Below, one piece after another: positions 37,781 to 51,595 of a DNA stretch of 64,000 nt (position 1 is its first letter; each line of letters begins with the position of its first letter). A program made the translations under genes and the position numbers. Under the pieces are notes generated by a model. It saw only the letters and a list, made by a program, of their open reading frames with translations, was not told where the DNA came from and searched no databases. Where the stretch lies: the NCBI GenBank assembly GCA_002633005.1, contig NMRA01000068.1:222453-286452 (forward strand), read 5' to 3'. Source of the DNA: Phoronis australis. Its lineage: Eukaryota; Animalia; Phoronida.

Positions 37781-37939
37781 GAGGAGTAGTTGTATATAGG
37801 CTAGAAGTGGGAAATCGTTTTTTAGGATCTTGACGATAAGCAAACCTTGCGATTTGACGCGTTATAGCACTATTCATTTGTGGTACGTGAAAGAAACGTG
37901 TTACAAATTCTGCTGACCAATTCTTTTTTGTATACGTAC

Positions 37940-38044
37940 CTATGCACGGTCTGATATTCCGTCTCAGTCTTCGGTTCCCTGAACAAGGGTATCATTGGTG
38001 CCGCTGTTGGCGTATATCCGCCGTAATCCCGAGTTGGTTTGCGA
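37940..38044 (-). CDS. Uncharacterised MIP-like protein, exon 5
   Basis: aatag acceptor, 105-nt phase 2-2, RKPTRDYGGYTPTAAPMIPLFREPKTETEYQTVH, gtacgt donor. Confidence 0.7.
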
Positions 38045-39759
38045 CTATTAACATAAATCAAAAGAAACGTTGAGTCAAATGCTTTTGGTAAAATTCAGCC
38101 AGAATTATTACATGACTTGTAAAGTTGTGGTAATGACTTTTGGAGTTACGAGAATTTCGCACAAAATGTGGAATTTGGGGAAACCATGAGCGCGCACAAC
38201 CGTTTGAATGTGCTTTCCTGCTTTGAAGATGCATTTTATATTAGTCTTGCATTTGACTAACACCAGTCATGTGATCAGGTGTTTGTATTGATATTAACAC
38301 GAAAGAAGTGAACACAGAGGTGCATTTACTAAGAAAGCACAATTATCTAGTTTAACCACACCACGTAACTGTAGTAGTAATGGTAATAGGTAATGTTGTT
38401 TCAAGGTATTGTATCTTGTTGGCAACCGGCTAATGCCGTAAGTCTTGAGATACAAGTTCATTATCAATTACTCAATTTAAGCATGATTTAAGTGAAACGT
38501 ATGGGCAAAGATTGCCCACGTGAAATCATGAATTTTATCTTCAACCTCTGCTCCTCTTTCACAAATTCGAAATTCGGTCATATTGCAGTGTTACACCGTC
38601 GTCCCTTCTCTATCCTTTAACAACCTGTCACGAGGACTTCCAGTGACGAAGACATTCCTGAAGCCTTAGTTCGGTCTGTTAAACTGACTTAAGTTAGACT
38701 TTTTACTGTCATGAAATGCATCTCATCAATCTTCTTTACCGTGATAGGATTCCATTATTGGTGAAATTCTTCTAAGTCGCACCTTTTGCACACATTTCTA
38801 TAGGAATCGGCGCGTAATTTTTACCCCCAAAGAAGTGTTATGTCAAAACATCAAAAGTCTATACGGTATTCAAGATTTTGTGGGAAGAAAGGCGGTTTCT
38901 ACGGCATGTTTCAACTCGTTCGAATTTTGTGCCGGATAACCCATAGTCCTAACGAAATATATTCAATTCAGCCTGTTCTTATCAGTTAGAATTAATCTAT
39001 TCAAGTCTGGTCAGTCTAGGTCATATAAATAGTCATTTTTGGTTACATTTGGGGTAAATCGATGACGATATACCCTTGGAAAGTACTGCTTATATCTATT
39101 TTGTATCGTACATTATGATAAGCCTGACATGTAAACCTAGTTCAGTCGAAACAGATCAGGACTGCATTCCATAGACTACGTTTCTTTGCAAGAAAAGTGA
39201 GGGTACACGTGACATATTGACATGCATCGCAAGCAAAGTACACCATCACACGGCTTCACTCGCGTTTTGCGTCTACGGAACGTCGCACCTTCATACTCGG
39301 GAGAATCAGTTATAACGAATTATACACCAATGTGGCCTTAGAGGTTTTGAAAAATATTAAAACTTGCCACATGTCAATTTTAGAACGTTCCGAAACGAGT
39401 ACGCGTCTGCGTTTGACGAAGATTTGTGGCTTATTTTTTAGTTTTCCTTGGAAACCTGGGTAGAGTTCAATAACGTTAGGACCTCGCAAGAAAAGCGAGA
39501 CTATGCGAGATATTTCCGAGTATTTTAAACGAGAACACACGTGATTTAGATTAGTTTTTTCCAGGCGAGAGGCAGCTACTAAACTACACCCAGGTTGCGT
39601 GAACAGACAAGGAGACAGACAGGCAGGCAAACAGACAGATAGACAGATATAATAGAAAGAATTCTCCAGAAAGCCGTCGGTCAAAGCATAGAAGAACGAA
39701 CAACAAGCAACCGGTCTCAAAAGTTAAGTCACATACAATCACGGCAGTATTATACTTAC

Positions 39760-39903
39760 TGTGGGTGAGATACATATTTTGAGTTGAGGAGTTGGTGGAA
39801 TTGCTTGTACTCCTCTGAGCCCGGAAAGCAAACTTGCGGTACATTGGGACAGTCTTCCAGTGGAACTAAAGATTTGGTAATCTTTCCTGTTTCCGGATTT
39901 ATT
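39760..39903 (-). CDS. Uncharacterised MIP-like protein, exon 4
   Basis: ttacag acceptor, 144-nt phase 2-2 open frame INPETGKITKSLVPLEDCPNVPQVCFPGSEEYKQF..., gtaagt donor. Confidence 0.7.
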
Positions 39904-41017
39904 CTGTAAATTCAAAATTACGTGAGGCATCGAGACAAAAATTGACTGACACAACTATAGAGCTACCAGTCGGTCTCCATCGGTCCGCACGAGTGTTCCT
40001 ATTAACACCATCCTTTTCTCAGTTCTTACAAGCTGCAGCTCTTTCTCATCAGTCAACCGCAAGTCACTTCTAACTTACTTCTTTTCTCATATCGCATTTG
40101 GTTTCTCCCGAATTGTTTTCATTTCGTGAGACTGTCGATTTACTACGTGCTTAGACGGCGTTTTATTAGTGAACAAAACGGAGATTGGCACATAATAAAA
40201 TCCAGAAAGTCTTGACACCTACTGCCGGCTCGCTTTCTCCGCAATAGGTCGAACGACGGCTCATGCCAACGTGACCATATTTCTTCCCCGAATTCATCAG
40301 ATCGTTAACAGAAGGTTTATGAGACAGCATCGTCAAGAACAGCTTGAATGAGCAGATTGTACGTATCCGCGTTGAATCACTTGTAATGCTAAAGTCTCTC
40401 TTAGTTGCAGCTTGCAAAATACATATTAAAAAGATCTGAATATCTCTATAGCATCAACATATTATGTCGTAAAAACAAAGTTTTTTGTTTTGGGACAGCC
40501 GGTTGTTTTAAAATGCGTTGACGTGAAAAGAATCCTATGTTGACACCCTCAACAGTCGAGATCGGACAACTCGATCGGTTGGCGTACCTCGGAATCTGCA
40601 GGCATTGATCAAAGACACCATGCTATTGTAGTTACTTACGTCGCCTCAGATTGCTGATAATCAGACCCTTTGTTAACACACTAGGGCGACAATAATATTT
40701 TTAAATTTTCGTTTTGAAAGCTTTTAAATAGAAAACTTGAATAGTTCATGAAAAGAACTCGTGGTTAGATTTTTGAATTTTGAAAATCGGACAAGAAATA
40801 TGACTTTTACTACCTAATGTATAATGTTGCCACAATTACGTTCCTTATTAATTCTGCTTGGTGTGCAACATTACCAAACCACCAGGCAGAAGTTGAATTT
40901 TCTGGTAAGTCAAGTGTCATAATACAATTCTTGGTATGGAGATGTGTGTCGCTGCTGAAGTGAGCATGAAAAGTAGTAACAACAGTTGAAATTTGGACAA
41001 AGTGGTAATAAACGTAC

Positions 41018-41262
41018 TTAAATCGTCTGTGCTTGTCTGGCCTGTATTTCGTTTCGTCGAACTGTTCAGCTACGGGTGGATTAGGCTTTTGTCCTGGAGC
41101 AATAGGTGCCATCCATCGCGTGTAATTCGTTGGCAGATACTGTTGTCTACGCCCCCACTCGGCGTACGTCTTTTCATTTTCTTCTGCTCGTAACGTATCT
41201 TTCTTTTGGCGCGCTCTTACCATATCTGCGTTCTGCTCGAAGGTTGTGTTCGGTGGGAGAGG
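41018..41262 (-). CDS. Uncharacterised MIP-like protein, exon 3
   Basis: cctag acceptor phase 0; PLPPNTTFEQNADMVRAR...KYRPDKHRRF; gtacgt donor. Confidence 0.78.
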
Positions 41263-41637
41263 CTAGGTGAACACAAACCACAGCACGAACGTTGCACTTC
41301 ATTTTAAACTTAAGGTGACATTTCTCCATTTACTAGTCCCCCAGATTAGGCCCGAGCTGTAAGAGCCTTCACAAAAGGTTTTGCGACTACTTTCACTTGG
41401 CAATTTTATTTTGACGATTTCCACCTCCATAGGTGTACTTTTCGAAAGTAAAACAATTCCGCGTGTAATGCACATTTTCGTGTAATTCAAAAACTTAGAA
41501 ATTTAGAGTTCTTGTACAGTGCTGTGTTGATAAAAAATATTAAATATCATAACGGACACATTTAAACACTGTTGGCCAAATTAAACAAGCAAAATAGATA
41601 AAAAAAGTAGTAGAAATATGCTTTTTGAAAACTACAA

Positions 41638-41639
<2 letters not shown>

Positions 41640-41691
<52 letters not shown>

Positions 41692-41708
41692 ACACACACA
41701 CACATACA
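41640..41708. repeat. (CA)n microsatellite
   Basis: Directly visible. Confidence 0.97.
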
Positions 41709-42633
41709 CTTCATGCCCAGATTTACGATCAGCAACTTGAGTAACGTGGGCTAAACCACCACAACGACACTTTCACTTTTTGTCCATCTGCCAAAGGTTT
41801 CTCATTATGGTACCCACAGTATATGTATAATCTACATCTAGCCCAGTTACCGGAAACAGATTTTTATTGCCCATCTTACCACAGATTATTATTTTTTACA
41901 TATCGTACTTTATTTTCATCCATATTCTTTTGTTTTTATATTTTGTCGTAATAAATGATCTTATTTTGACGACCTCGTCTCCTTTTCATCTCTAGTGACG
42001 ACCTTGTGACTCTCATATTTTTTATCGTTGGTACATATGTCGACCATAAATGCATGGTTCCTGAGTCTACGATTGGCTAATGCTGTTGTTTACAGCGCCC
42101 TCTACTGTTGAACATGTGTGACAGTTTAATCCATGCAAACTTGGAGTTTTAAGAAAATATGCAAGTTAAAACATAGGAACTTTTTGAATAATAGCTTAGA
42201 AATACTTTATTTTTTCATACAAGAAAAAAGAAATTGATAGGTCAAAGTACTTACGAAATCCTACAGCTCAGGACCTGTGCGAACTATACTTACCATCGGT
42301 GGATCAAAGATGTTGTAATGGTGGACTAACCACAATTTTAGAAGGAGAATGTTCATGCAGAGTCCCTAAAAACGGCATTTCGACGGCGTCTTTTTTGTTT
42401 TGGCTCCCCCTTCCTGTGATTACTTGCTAAAACGCTAATTCCAAGCTAATATGCTCAATTACATGGAAATTCAACCCTGTCCCGACCATGATAGAAAACT
42501 ATTTCCATTATACCCCCATTTTCACAGGGAACAACAAGATAACTTCCAATCGAAGCGTTTCGGAAACAAAGGCGAGCTGAACGGGACGTATGTTGAGAGC
42601 AATGTGACTGTATGACAATTTTCAATATAACAA

Positions 42634-42892
42634 GAGGCGCGCACCCAGCCTTCAATATGGGGGGGCTCGAATTCCTAACGTTGTGTCCCTTTTGGTAACA
42701 AAATAGCCGGCGCGCTAAAAACAAAAAAACGGGCGCACCACTGTGAATTGCGCGTTTGTGCTTGTTTAGTGGACTTTTGTCTCATTTTCTCGGACTTTTT
42801 GTTTCTCGCAGGCGGACCTTTTCGCCCACTTCGCTTAATGGGGGGAAGGCTCGTTCGAGCCCCCGAGCCCCCCCCCCCCGGGTGCGCGCATG
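42634..42892 (-). mobile_element. MITE family copy 1 (TIR ~CATGCGCGCACCC)
   Basis: GCGCGCACCCAG...GGGTGCGCGCATG ends; interior is the reverse complement of the copies at 49187 and 55599. Confidence 0.75.
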
Positions 42893-43510
42893 AACAACAT
42901 GGCATTAGCACGATGAATAGAAATTACATTGATTGAAAAGGTATTGTTTTTGCTGTGAGTTCGAAGGGTACTCCCTCTTAAAAGGATACTAAACCCTGCT
43001 TTTATGATTTCAACCAACCCTCGTTCTGTCACCTGGTAATGAATCATTGGCAGGAATCAACTGAAAACTCGTACACCCTCTATGTCACAGATTGAACATT
43101 ATGGCCCTCGGTTGGGTAGTCTTTTCCCACACTTACCGTGTAATTCTCTAAAAGCGTAGGTCGCGCTTGCCCGTTTAGCAGACATTGAAAGAAGTTCTCA
43201 AATTTTCCTCCAAACTTTTGACGGTTGTCGAGGTCCAGACCACTATTTTGTTTTTCGGAGAACTGGATGGGTAAGTTGTATTTAGTCATAGGCCAAAACC
43301 TGGTTTAGTATCCTTTTAAGTTTAATAAATGTGACTGGTTAAAAATATGGTTTATTTCTAGGAAACAAGAAGAAAAATCTGCCTCACATGAAGTGCAGGA
43401 TTCAGGTCTACGTTAATGGGGTTGAATTAACCTGATAAGGTTTAGTTCAACTTAAAATATTTAGTACAAACGGCCGAATAAATCTAAACCCCTTGTTATA
43501 TGTTCCTTAC

Positions 43511-43796
43511 CTGCGGTGTTATAAAGTTTGGCGTTAACGCCCACGGTGCTTCTTGCTCGTGCCTGTACACAGATTCCCAGCTGAAGTCGGACGCTAATTT
43601 CTCAGCTTCTTTACGTGTTAATCCCAATTTGGTACACCAGTCGTCCGAAGGTTTTATTTTCAGCGGTTTTCCATCCGGTAAGTAGTGCGAATAGTCAAAT
43701 TTCGTGTGATATGATTTCAGTGGTTTGGGTTCACGCACAGAAAATTTATGCTGTTCAGGAGGTACCCGGTTAGCAATTGCTTTTGGATTTAAATAC
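43511..43796 (-). CDS. Uncharacterised MIP-like protein, exon 2
   Basis: ttttag acceptor in phase; open frame YLNPKAIANRVPP...WESVYRHEQEAPWALTPNFITPQ; gtaagg donor. Confidence 0.8.
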
Positions 43797-44069
43797 CTAA
43801 AAAGGACATGAAACGTTTTGTTTTTGAATGACGTTTATGTTCTCCGAATGCTCTACGACACTTTGAAGATGCTTAAGTAAACTTTGTAGGTCTCGCTTCT
43901 CATCTATTTTTGAGACGGATTAGTCTACAGTCAGGCAGCTTAGACAAGTTTCGCCGATGCAGACTATTTACGAACAGAATATGTTTATGATAACTGTGGC
44001 AACAGTTCTTTTTGACTGAAGGTCTTCGTGGGGTGGCAAGGTTTTATCCTAAATTATGGGTGAACTCAC

Positions 44070-44293
44070 AGATGTGTGTCCACTTTTGAGTCAAAAACAC
44101 CTGGCGAGGACACGAGTGCCTTCAAGTACTTTGTCTGTTTTGGCTCAGATATTACATGAGGGTGTTTCCTCTCTATCATGCCAGGTACTTTGAGAACATT
44201 GCTTGGAATAGCCTTATAGCGCGGATCCCTCACTGTCAGCTGCTCTCCTTGAAATGTGCTTCTGTAGATTGACCGTGGAGAAACCCAATTCAT
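44070..44293 (-). CDS. Uncharacterised protein (microtubule-inner-protein-like), exon 1
   Basis: accATG start, MNWVSPRSIYRSTF..., CT/gtgagt donor in phase 2. Confidence 0.75.
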
Positions 44294-44342
44294 GGTTGCC
44301 TGCGAGTGGGCTCATGACGTGAAGCTTTATCATATTCATGCA

Positions 44343-44350
44343 TGACGTCA
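44343..44350. promoter_or_regulatory. Palindromic CRE (TGACGTCA) 50 bp upstream of the MIP-like ATG
   Basis: Exact TGACGTCA plus a near-match TGACGTGA at ~44315; function not shown. Confidence 0.35.
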
Positions 44351-44461
44351 TTAAATTTTAACAAGTTGTGATCATCGTTAAAGCCCTTACAAACCCCACT
44401 GTGGTGTCAAAAACAAGTTTCTTTTGTTTCACAGGCATAATTAATTGCTCTTCGAAAGTAG

Positions 44462-44840
44462 CTTATCCATCACTTACTCGACTTATTTATGCCTCTGGAC
44501 ACCTTGAGGTGTGTAGAGCCTCCGGGACTGCTCGCCATCTGGTCCGGATGGTAGCTTTTGTTCGGATTTCATTGTCATGACATGCCGATACAGAAGTGTT
44601 CAGATGTCACAGTTCTTCTACAATCTTGTACAAGTCTGCCTCGCCACCGTGTCCTTGGTGGTTCCAGTTAAGGGCAAGCTTGGCGGTATTTGCATTCGGC
44701 TTACGTAACGTGTGACCAAGCCACCTCTTCTTCTTCCTCTTAATCTGGATCTCTATGGCTTCCTGTCTGGCTCTGTTCTACACAGTTTCATTTGTTACTC
44801 TGTCAGAATATTGATCGATTCGGAGGATTTGACGCAGAGC
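44462..44840 (-). mobile_element. 3' fragment of an RTE-clade LINE
   Basis: Minus translation IKRKKKRWLGHTLRKPNANTAKLALNWN matches the RWLGH-type RTE ORF C-terminus; short AAGT-like tail. Confidence 0.75.
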
Positions 44841-47800
44841 TTTTCCTTGACTTGATAGAAATTAATAGGGCCTAACAGTAAAATGTCCGGCGGCCTTACT
44901 GTCTACTTTGGCGGTTGAAAGTAACACGCCGTGACAAGAAACTTAAGGAGCCCAGCCTGAAGCAAGAGCTACCAGTTCCGCTCATGCGCAGGTATCTGTT
45001 TCACGAAAAATGGCTTAAAGAGGATTTAAGCCGATCTTACGCTCCACACTATTTTTTTTTGGAAAATACTTAGTCTCACTCCAACAAAACTACAACTTAG
45101 TCTCTGAGAATGAACCCATAACTTCTACCTACTCGAATGCGAGTGTGAAATTTTTGTACCATTTCCGTTTCCTTTACTCGATCATTTCTGCAATACCAAA
45201 CAAACCTGAAAAACATTCGTCTGGATGGCGATGGAAAGCAAGGACCAAATGAACCAGCTTCAGTAACAAGACTTCAAAGTCTCTCGCTTGCTATTTTAAA
45301 ATTAAAATAGCAAATCTTCCATAGAAACCTAACGGTTTTCTAAAACTTGTCAATGCTTTTCTTTCAATTTCGGTTTTATTTTAGTTTCGTGTGACGATTT
45401 CTTACAGCTGAAGTTGATTCCCAAAAGTTATGTGTGACATTAACTATGAAGAATTAACGTGAGACAAACAATCCACACTCACAATATGCCTTTCTCTTAT
45501 TTGGTTGATTCCTGAATGTAGTCAATAGAAAGCCTGTAGAATTTGATTTTTTGATTTTATAGTTTGAAAACACACAGTGCCACCTGGCGCTGGATTTCAT
45601 TATCCCACCTTGTTTTGTAAATCCCCACGGTTATTTGGTGCAGCTCCATCCTCAGACGTAGTATCTCTCTGAAAAATGTGACCTATTTTTCGCTTGGTGA
45701 GACGACTTAAAAAAATGGAAAAATCCAATCATGTAGAATTCATGTACGACATCTATCAACAAAGTTTGAATTTCAAGGTTTAAACCGAAGTGAAACTAGA
45801 ACGGCTTATGCGCCTCCTTTTGGCATTATTTATCTGATGGAAAACAGCGTCAGCTGCTTTCAAGAGAATTTGGATTGTGGTTGAAAAACGCTGGGAATGA
45901 AAGTGGAGTAGAAATTGTAAAAATTGTGACTATCTAGGCATATCATAGTTTGTTCTATTGGAGGTTGCCCTTGGTTGACGAGGCCTCCAATTTTTACCAT
46001 ATATACTTGTACTCTCAATCAGTGGAAGTGCGAAACAATAAAAAAACATAAGTGATATAAATACTTGGTAATTTACCTTAACTTTGGCGTGTGGTGAATT
46101 AGTAGTGTGCATCAATGCAGACGGTGGTGGATATAAGTTTTAAAAACTATCACTAAACCAGTGGGACATGACTAAGTTTCTGAGCAAGAGTGGCTACAAG
46201 GTTGTGACGAATTGCTTGATTGTTTGTTTTTGTTAAGACTCTTGACACAACTTATTTCAATTTTTTGGAGTTACGTCGACCAAGACACCAATTTCAAAAT
46301 TCGTGACATATCAAGTTCCCAGCTTAAGACCATTTGTTTGATTGATACACGCAGCCACTCTTATAACCAAGTAATCACGTGTATGAACGCATTACAGTCT
46401 ATTTTTTGAAATTATCTGGTACTAGCAGTTCTGTTACAGCAATTTTGCTCAAATGGGATTTAAATTATTTTTCAGAACTAGTTGTGTGGAGCGTAACACC
46501 ATATTTCTGAGTGGTCTGAAGTCACGATGTCATGAAGCAGGCCCCAGTAGAGCTGGAATAATATTGCCGTCAGTATAATGCATAAGATTACAAATGGTTC
46601 TGGTGTTTTTGTCCATGAAGCTCCCTCTTATGAATTCTTGCTCGAGTTTTGCTATTCAGTGAACCTAACGCACTTAATACGACAAGTAACACAGCCCGAC
46701 ATTATTTCGTACGATGTATTGAGCACGGAGATTGGTCGCTAGTAACCCAAATATTGCGTTTATTCCCCTAAGTATGACAACAATGACACTCCTACTGGCC
46801 GAATCGAAAACTACAAATAAACTACCTTATTAGAAGGAATGACAGATCACCACACACAAATGTAAGGAATTCCAACTGAGGATCCATCGGAGCCAGGGGT
46901 TTTGTTATTTTTCATATCTTCTACATTCCTGCTCAAATATCATAAGGCTATCGAGACATTCACTCGTGATGATACGATCTTGTGTCAAGGTCAACATCTT
47001 TCAAAAAGTCGTCAGTAATGACAAGTTCGGTCATACTTAACGTGATCAAACACAATAAACTCAAAATTCAGCTCCTCGACCGATTTTATGAGTACAAAAA
47101 GTCCAATTTGATTTTTCCAGTTTTTAGCCAGCTAAATAGTTTGAAATGCAGCTCTGAATATTGTACACCGTTTTTCATTTGTATTTGGTCAATGTTAGTC
47201 CTATCTGTATATATAGAAGGCCTAGTTATTGAATAAATATATATATAGGTCCCGCTAACATGGAGGTGACGTCACAAAGAAAGAATAAAAAGGGTTTCTT
47301 AGTCTATCTCAAGCAGAAATCACTCAGGTGCATTTTCAAAATCAAAGCCTTAAGGAGAAACACAATATGCCCCCGTGGTCAAACTTTGAAAAAGAATGTC
47401 GTTTCATCCGAAACACTTCAAATTCTATGATGTCAAGTGCGATAACTAATTTCTGTCATTGCTTTCACAGTTGGTGTACATACAATCCAATATGACATTT
47501 TACGAACATCACTGCGTGAAAAACATCAAACTGTAGGGTAGTAATGCACACAGTACTTTATGGCATTGTTTCATCATTGTTTTTTTATGCAATGTAATGT
47601 GACCGCCAGACGCCATTTTGTTAATTCCTTTTCTGCACAGTACTCCAAAACACTGAGTAAATAAGAATCAGAATATTTTCTCCAAAAGAACTGCTTCTTT
47701 GACTTTGTTTCACAAAAAGTAAGCTTATAAAATTTTAACAAAATATGACTTCCTGACGCCATTGTGTAATTATATGTATTGCGCTCGTCGCTTTACGAGT

Positions 47801-48384
47801 GTAATTTTAGGAGCGTGTAACTTTTTCAGAGCTCACATTACGTGCAACTTAAAAGCTTCCATTGGACATAACGGTTACGCTCCTAATTCACGGGCGTAAA
47901 AATAATGTCTTTACGCCTGTAATTTTCGAGCGTAATTCACCGGCATGGAAACTTTCTACCCAGTACGTGAAATACTTGTATAACACGGATGTAAAAGCAC
48001 CTTACCCGTAATTCCGATTGTCGTTTGTGATTTACGGGCGACACTTTCCACTCAGTCGGCCAACATTACGTCGTGCCCATTCAACCGTATGCTCGTTATC
48101 ACCGGCTGCGCTCATAATAATAGGTGTCTGATTTTTGTTGATACGTCACATCCAGCAGAATAATAGTTTGTCTCTCCATTCAAGCGATGTTCAACCCGGT
48201 CAAATCTTTTGTAAAGTTTGTCACCCTTAAGGATCTACATACAATGTAAGGATTGCGTACGGCACGTAAGCCTAGAGAATTATTTAAAGTAAACACAATT
48301 GAGTCCTTCGCGCTGAACGTTTGGCCTTATTACCCGGTATACACTGACGAGAGACGTGAACTGACTGAGTACCCAGTCCTTATC

Positions 48385-48492
48385 ATGAATGCTAGACTGT
48401 TCTTTAAAGAACTTGGGGCATTCTGGAAAACTATAATCTTGATTGGAACACCCCTCGTTTTTATGCCATGGCCTATCGTTTCGCCGATACGG
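48385..48492 (+). CDS. SLC13 exon 1 (MNARLFFKELGAFWKTIILIGTPLVFMPWPIVSPIR)
   Basis: atcATG start, TPL..P pattern typical of the SLC13 N-terminus, gtaagt donor phase 0. Confidence 0.85.
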
Positions 48493-49186
48493 GTAAGTTT
48501 TATGTCATGCTACAGGTTGTCATAATAGTTAAAACCCACTCTAGATGAGCGCCACATACGTATTTATCATAAAAATGCATGTATTTTGGAATAGATTGCT
48601 TTGATATTTTTAAAATATCTGACAAAAAGTCGCAAGCTACTCTCACGTATGATGTTTTTGAAAACGTATGGGCTTGGCTTTGCGCAGGTTTTGTGGATTT
48701 TTAAATGATCTCAACTTTAACAAATCCAAAGCTATATCTATATGAAGTGCACCTCCCGTTGTCTAACTTGAATCCCGAGAGACCACGAAGATAGAGAACT
48801 TACTGAGGGCTTAGAACGTACTATACACCTATTTAGAGTTCTGTGCTCTGAGTTACCGGTCACTGTGCTGACGGAGATTGTGCATGCAATAAGAGAGAGA
48901 ACGTAAACAGGGGAAAATTCACCGTTGATCAACTTATGCTCCCCCGTGTTCATGCAACCTCAGCGATCCTGCTGGCGCAAACCACGTCTGCATGGATGAC
49001 TTTAGGCAAGCGAGGCCTCATCAACAGTGGCACGATATAGGGTAACGTGCAAACGCGTATTCTAAAATGTGCGTTGTAATCGACACATTTCGTTTCTCGA
49101 CGGAAACCCGCCGAAACTTCCTGATCGCAGCTTGGCACCTCACCCCACGATCACCTGCACACGAGTTCACGAGAAACAAGTTACTA

Positions 49187-49452
49187 CATGCGCACCCCCT
49201 CTGGGCTCGAACGAGCCACCCCCACCCCTCCCCTTTGGCAAAGTGGGCAAAACGTCGGCCTCAGATAGACAAAAATTCAGAAAGAAGGAAAAAAGTAGAA
49301 AAGGAGACCAAAGTCCACTAAAAAGTCAGGAACAACTAAAATTCGGCGAGCTGCACAATTCATAGCGCTGAACGTACAATTGAATCTTAGTTAAAGGTCC
49401 ACATTCTAAAAAAAATTGGAGTCCCCACATGTTTAGGCTGGGTGCGCGCATG
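49187..49452 (+). mobile_element. MITE family copy 2
   Basis: CATGCGCACCC...GGGTGCGCGCATG; shares GGGCTCGAACGAGCC and AAAGTCCACTAA with the other copies. Confidence 0.75.
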
Positions 49453-50673
49453 TAGTACTACATTTATTTCGCTAAGTTGTGTCAATCAAAAGTTACGTTT
49501 TGACGGAAGGACGATTTATAACATTGCTCAATTCAGTCGATATGCTACACACCGTAAATATAGTCGCATAGTTAGACACATGCACACATGTCTGAAATAA
49601 TGTATTTTCCCATAAATGATTACCCATATATAGGCCCATGTGCTCAACTTATTTGCTTGTAGACGTTTGTATATATATATAATGAGCTATCTCATTGGTA
49701 TAGGCACACGCATTGTCTCCGACAAAACCGCGCACAATCTTGCCTGTGCAAAAATTTTTATACGCAACTTTAGTTGACCACCCTTCCTAGATTATAACAC
49801 AGATTGGATGTTCTGAAGTTCGACACACTTTAGAGTTTTTAAAAATAACTAGCTGGTAAACAGGTACAGTGGTTGTTTTAACTGTTCAGTTCAGCGACAT
49901 GAACGTAAATTTGAGTTTAATGTTTACATATCTGCAAAGGACGAGTACATGATTTACTGAACAAGACAAATGGGTTGTCGTCATGTCAACACATTTATGT
50001 TTTGACTTTTAGCCTTTCGGTATATCGACCCTTCGTTGAATACGTCATTTCCAAAGTGAACTACTCAAACTAGCTGCTTTGCGTGTCCGATGGCGTCACC
50101 CAAGCGAATGATTTACGAACTACTATCAACAATGAGTATTCACGGTTGGCCAACCCCAATATAATTGACGATTTTCCGTTGTTTCCAAACCTTTCTGTAT
50201 GTATCTCGTACTGGTGATAAAAAAACAAGTCCTATCGCAGAAATGGTATTTTTGACCGATTTTACAACAGTAAACGGCCTAATTTCGTTTTCGTTCTCAG
50301 TGCTAACAAACAACGAAATGCAGCTCTACAAGACATTTCAATAGAGCTAAAAATAATTAATCAAATATTGTTATCTAGATCGTTTTAGGTGTACTTTCAC
50401 CCAGACAGTTCACCAAAGGCCGGAAAAGAAAGTGAACAGTGCGCAACTTGATTTTGTTTGAAAGAATAAACATATGTTGACGAAATGTTGCAGTGATTAT
50501 TGTCTTTGTTAACCGCGCGAAGCAGCAATCCTCCAATGTTAAAACGCCGCTAAAATGAATCTCGAACTAGCGCCACGGGAGCTGTGATGTCGATATGAGG
50601 GGCTCTAAAATGCGTTAGCGTTTCTTGCGAAGTGGTTTAATCAATGTTGTCACATGTATTTCTTTTTTTTCAG

Positions 50674-50823
50674 GAAGTGAAAACGGCGTATGTTTTAATC
50701 ATCATGCTCGTGTATTGGGTAACAGAAGTCATTCCCATCGCTGTGACGTCTTTACTGCCTGTCATTCTATTCCCACTGTTAGGCGTTTTGAAATCGTCCG
50801 AAGTCTGTCCAAATTATATGAGA
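50674..50823 (+). CDS. SLC13 exon 2
   Basis: AYVLIIMLVYWVTEVIPIAVTSLLPVILFPLLG; GT-AG boundaries. Confidence 0.95.
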
Positions 50824-51479
50824 GTGAGTCCTCCTAACGGTGCTATTGTCTGATTAACTCTTGAATTGTTCTATTTGAGTGCACTTGCTATCTTCTCATG
50901 CTCCGTCAACAGAAACCCGTTTAGGTATCACTCACCAAGTGCCGCTACTATTTAAAGCACGAGGCCTAATAAGAGAGTCCACAGGCAGCGCCACTCTTTG
51001 GGTAAACTGTTGTTGAGTATTCTTGCCTAGTAAATTCTTGTACTATTTTTCAAAATGGATGGTTTTTGGTAAATCGTATTGAGCATTAAGCAAGAGAATA
51101 ATCCAAATCGTAAAAAATTGGTTCAACCATTCAAAGTTATCGTTGTTTATTTATTGTTTATTATGAAAACTGTCCATTCTATTTGGAAACACATTCACTG
51201 CCTATAATTACCTACGTACACAAAGATGCTCAAAATGTATTCATATGGACAGGTCGGTAGTACGAAAAATATCGTCAGATGAAGTTTATTACAAGATGAG
51301 AGTATGCCCGATTTTTTGCAAATCATGTTTTGTAAGTTGTATACATTCGTTTCCAACAAGTGTTGCTTCCGTAAAAAAGAGCAAAATATTTTCTAAAGCA
51401 ATTGCGTCAATCTTATATTGGCGCTCTATTTTTTCTAACAGTGGTTCACCAGCCTTTGTTTACGTTGTATTTCTCGCAG

Positions 51480-51595
51480 GATACAATAATGTTGTTTGTT
51501 GGTGGTTTGATGGTAGCTGTGGCCATTGAGAAATCCAATCTTCACAAGCGTATTGCCATTCGAACATTGCTGATTGTCGGAACAAAGCCTAGATG
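51480..51595 (+). CDS. SLC13 exon 3
   Basis: [26 protein letters not shown]; GT-AG boundaries. Confidence 0.95.

Noticed and set aside
50090-50164. ATG at 50090 as SLC13 start
   Set aside because: Stops after 24 codons with no donor; exon 48385-48492 fits the family N-terminus and phase.
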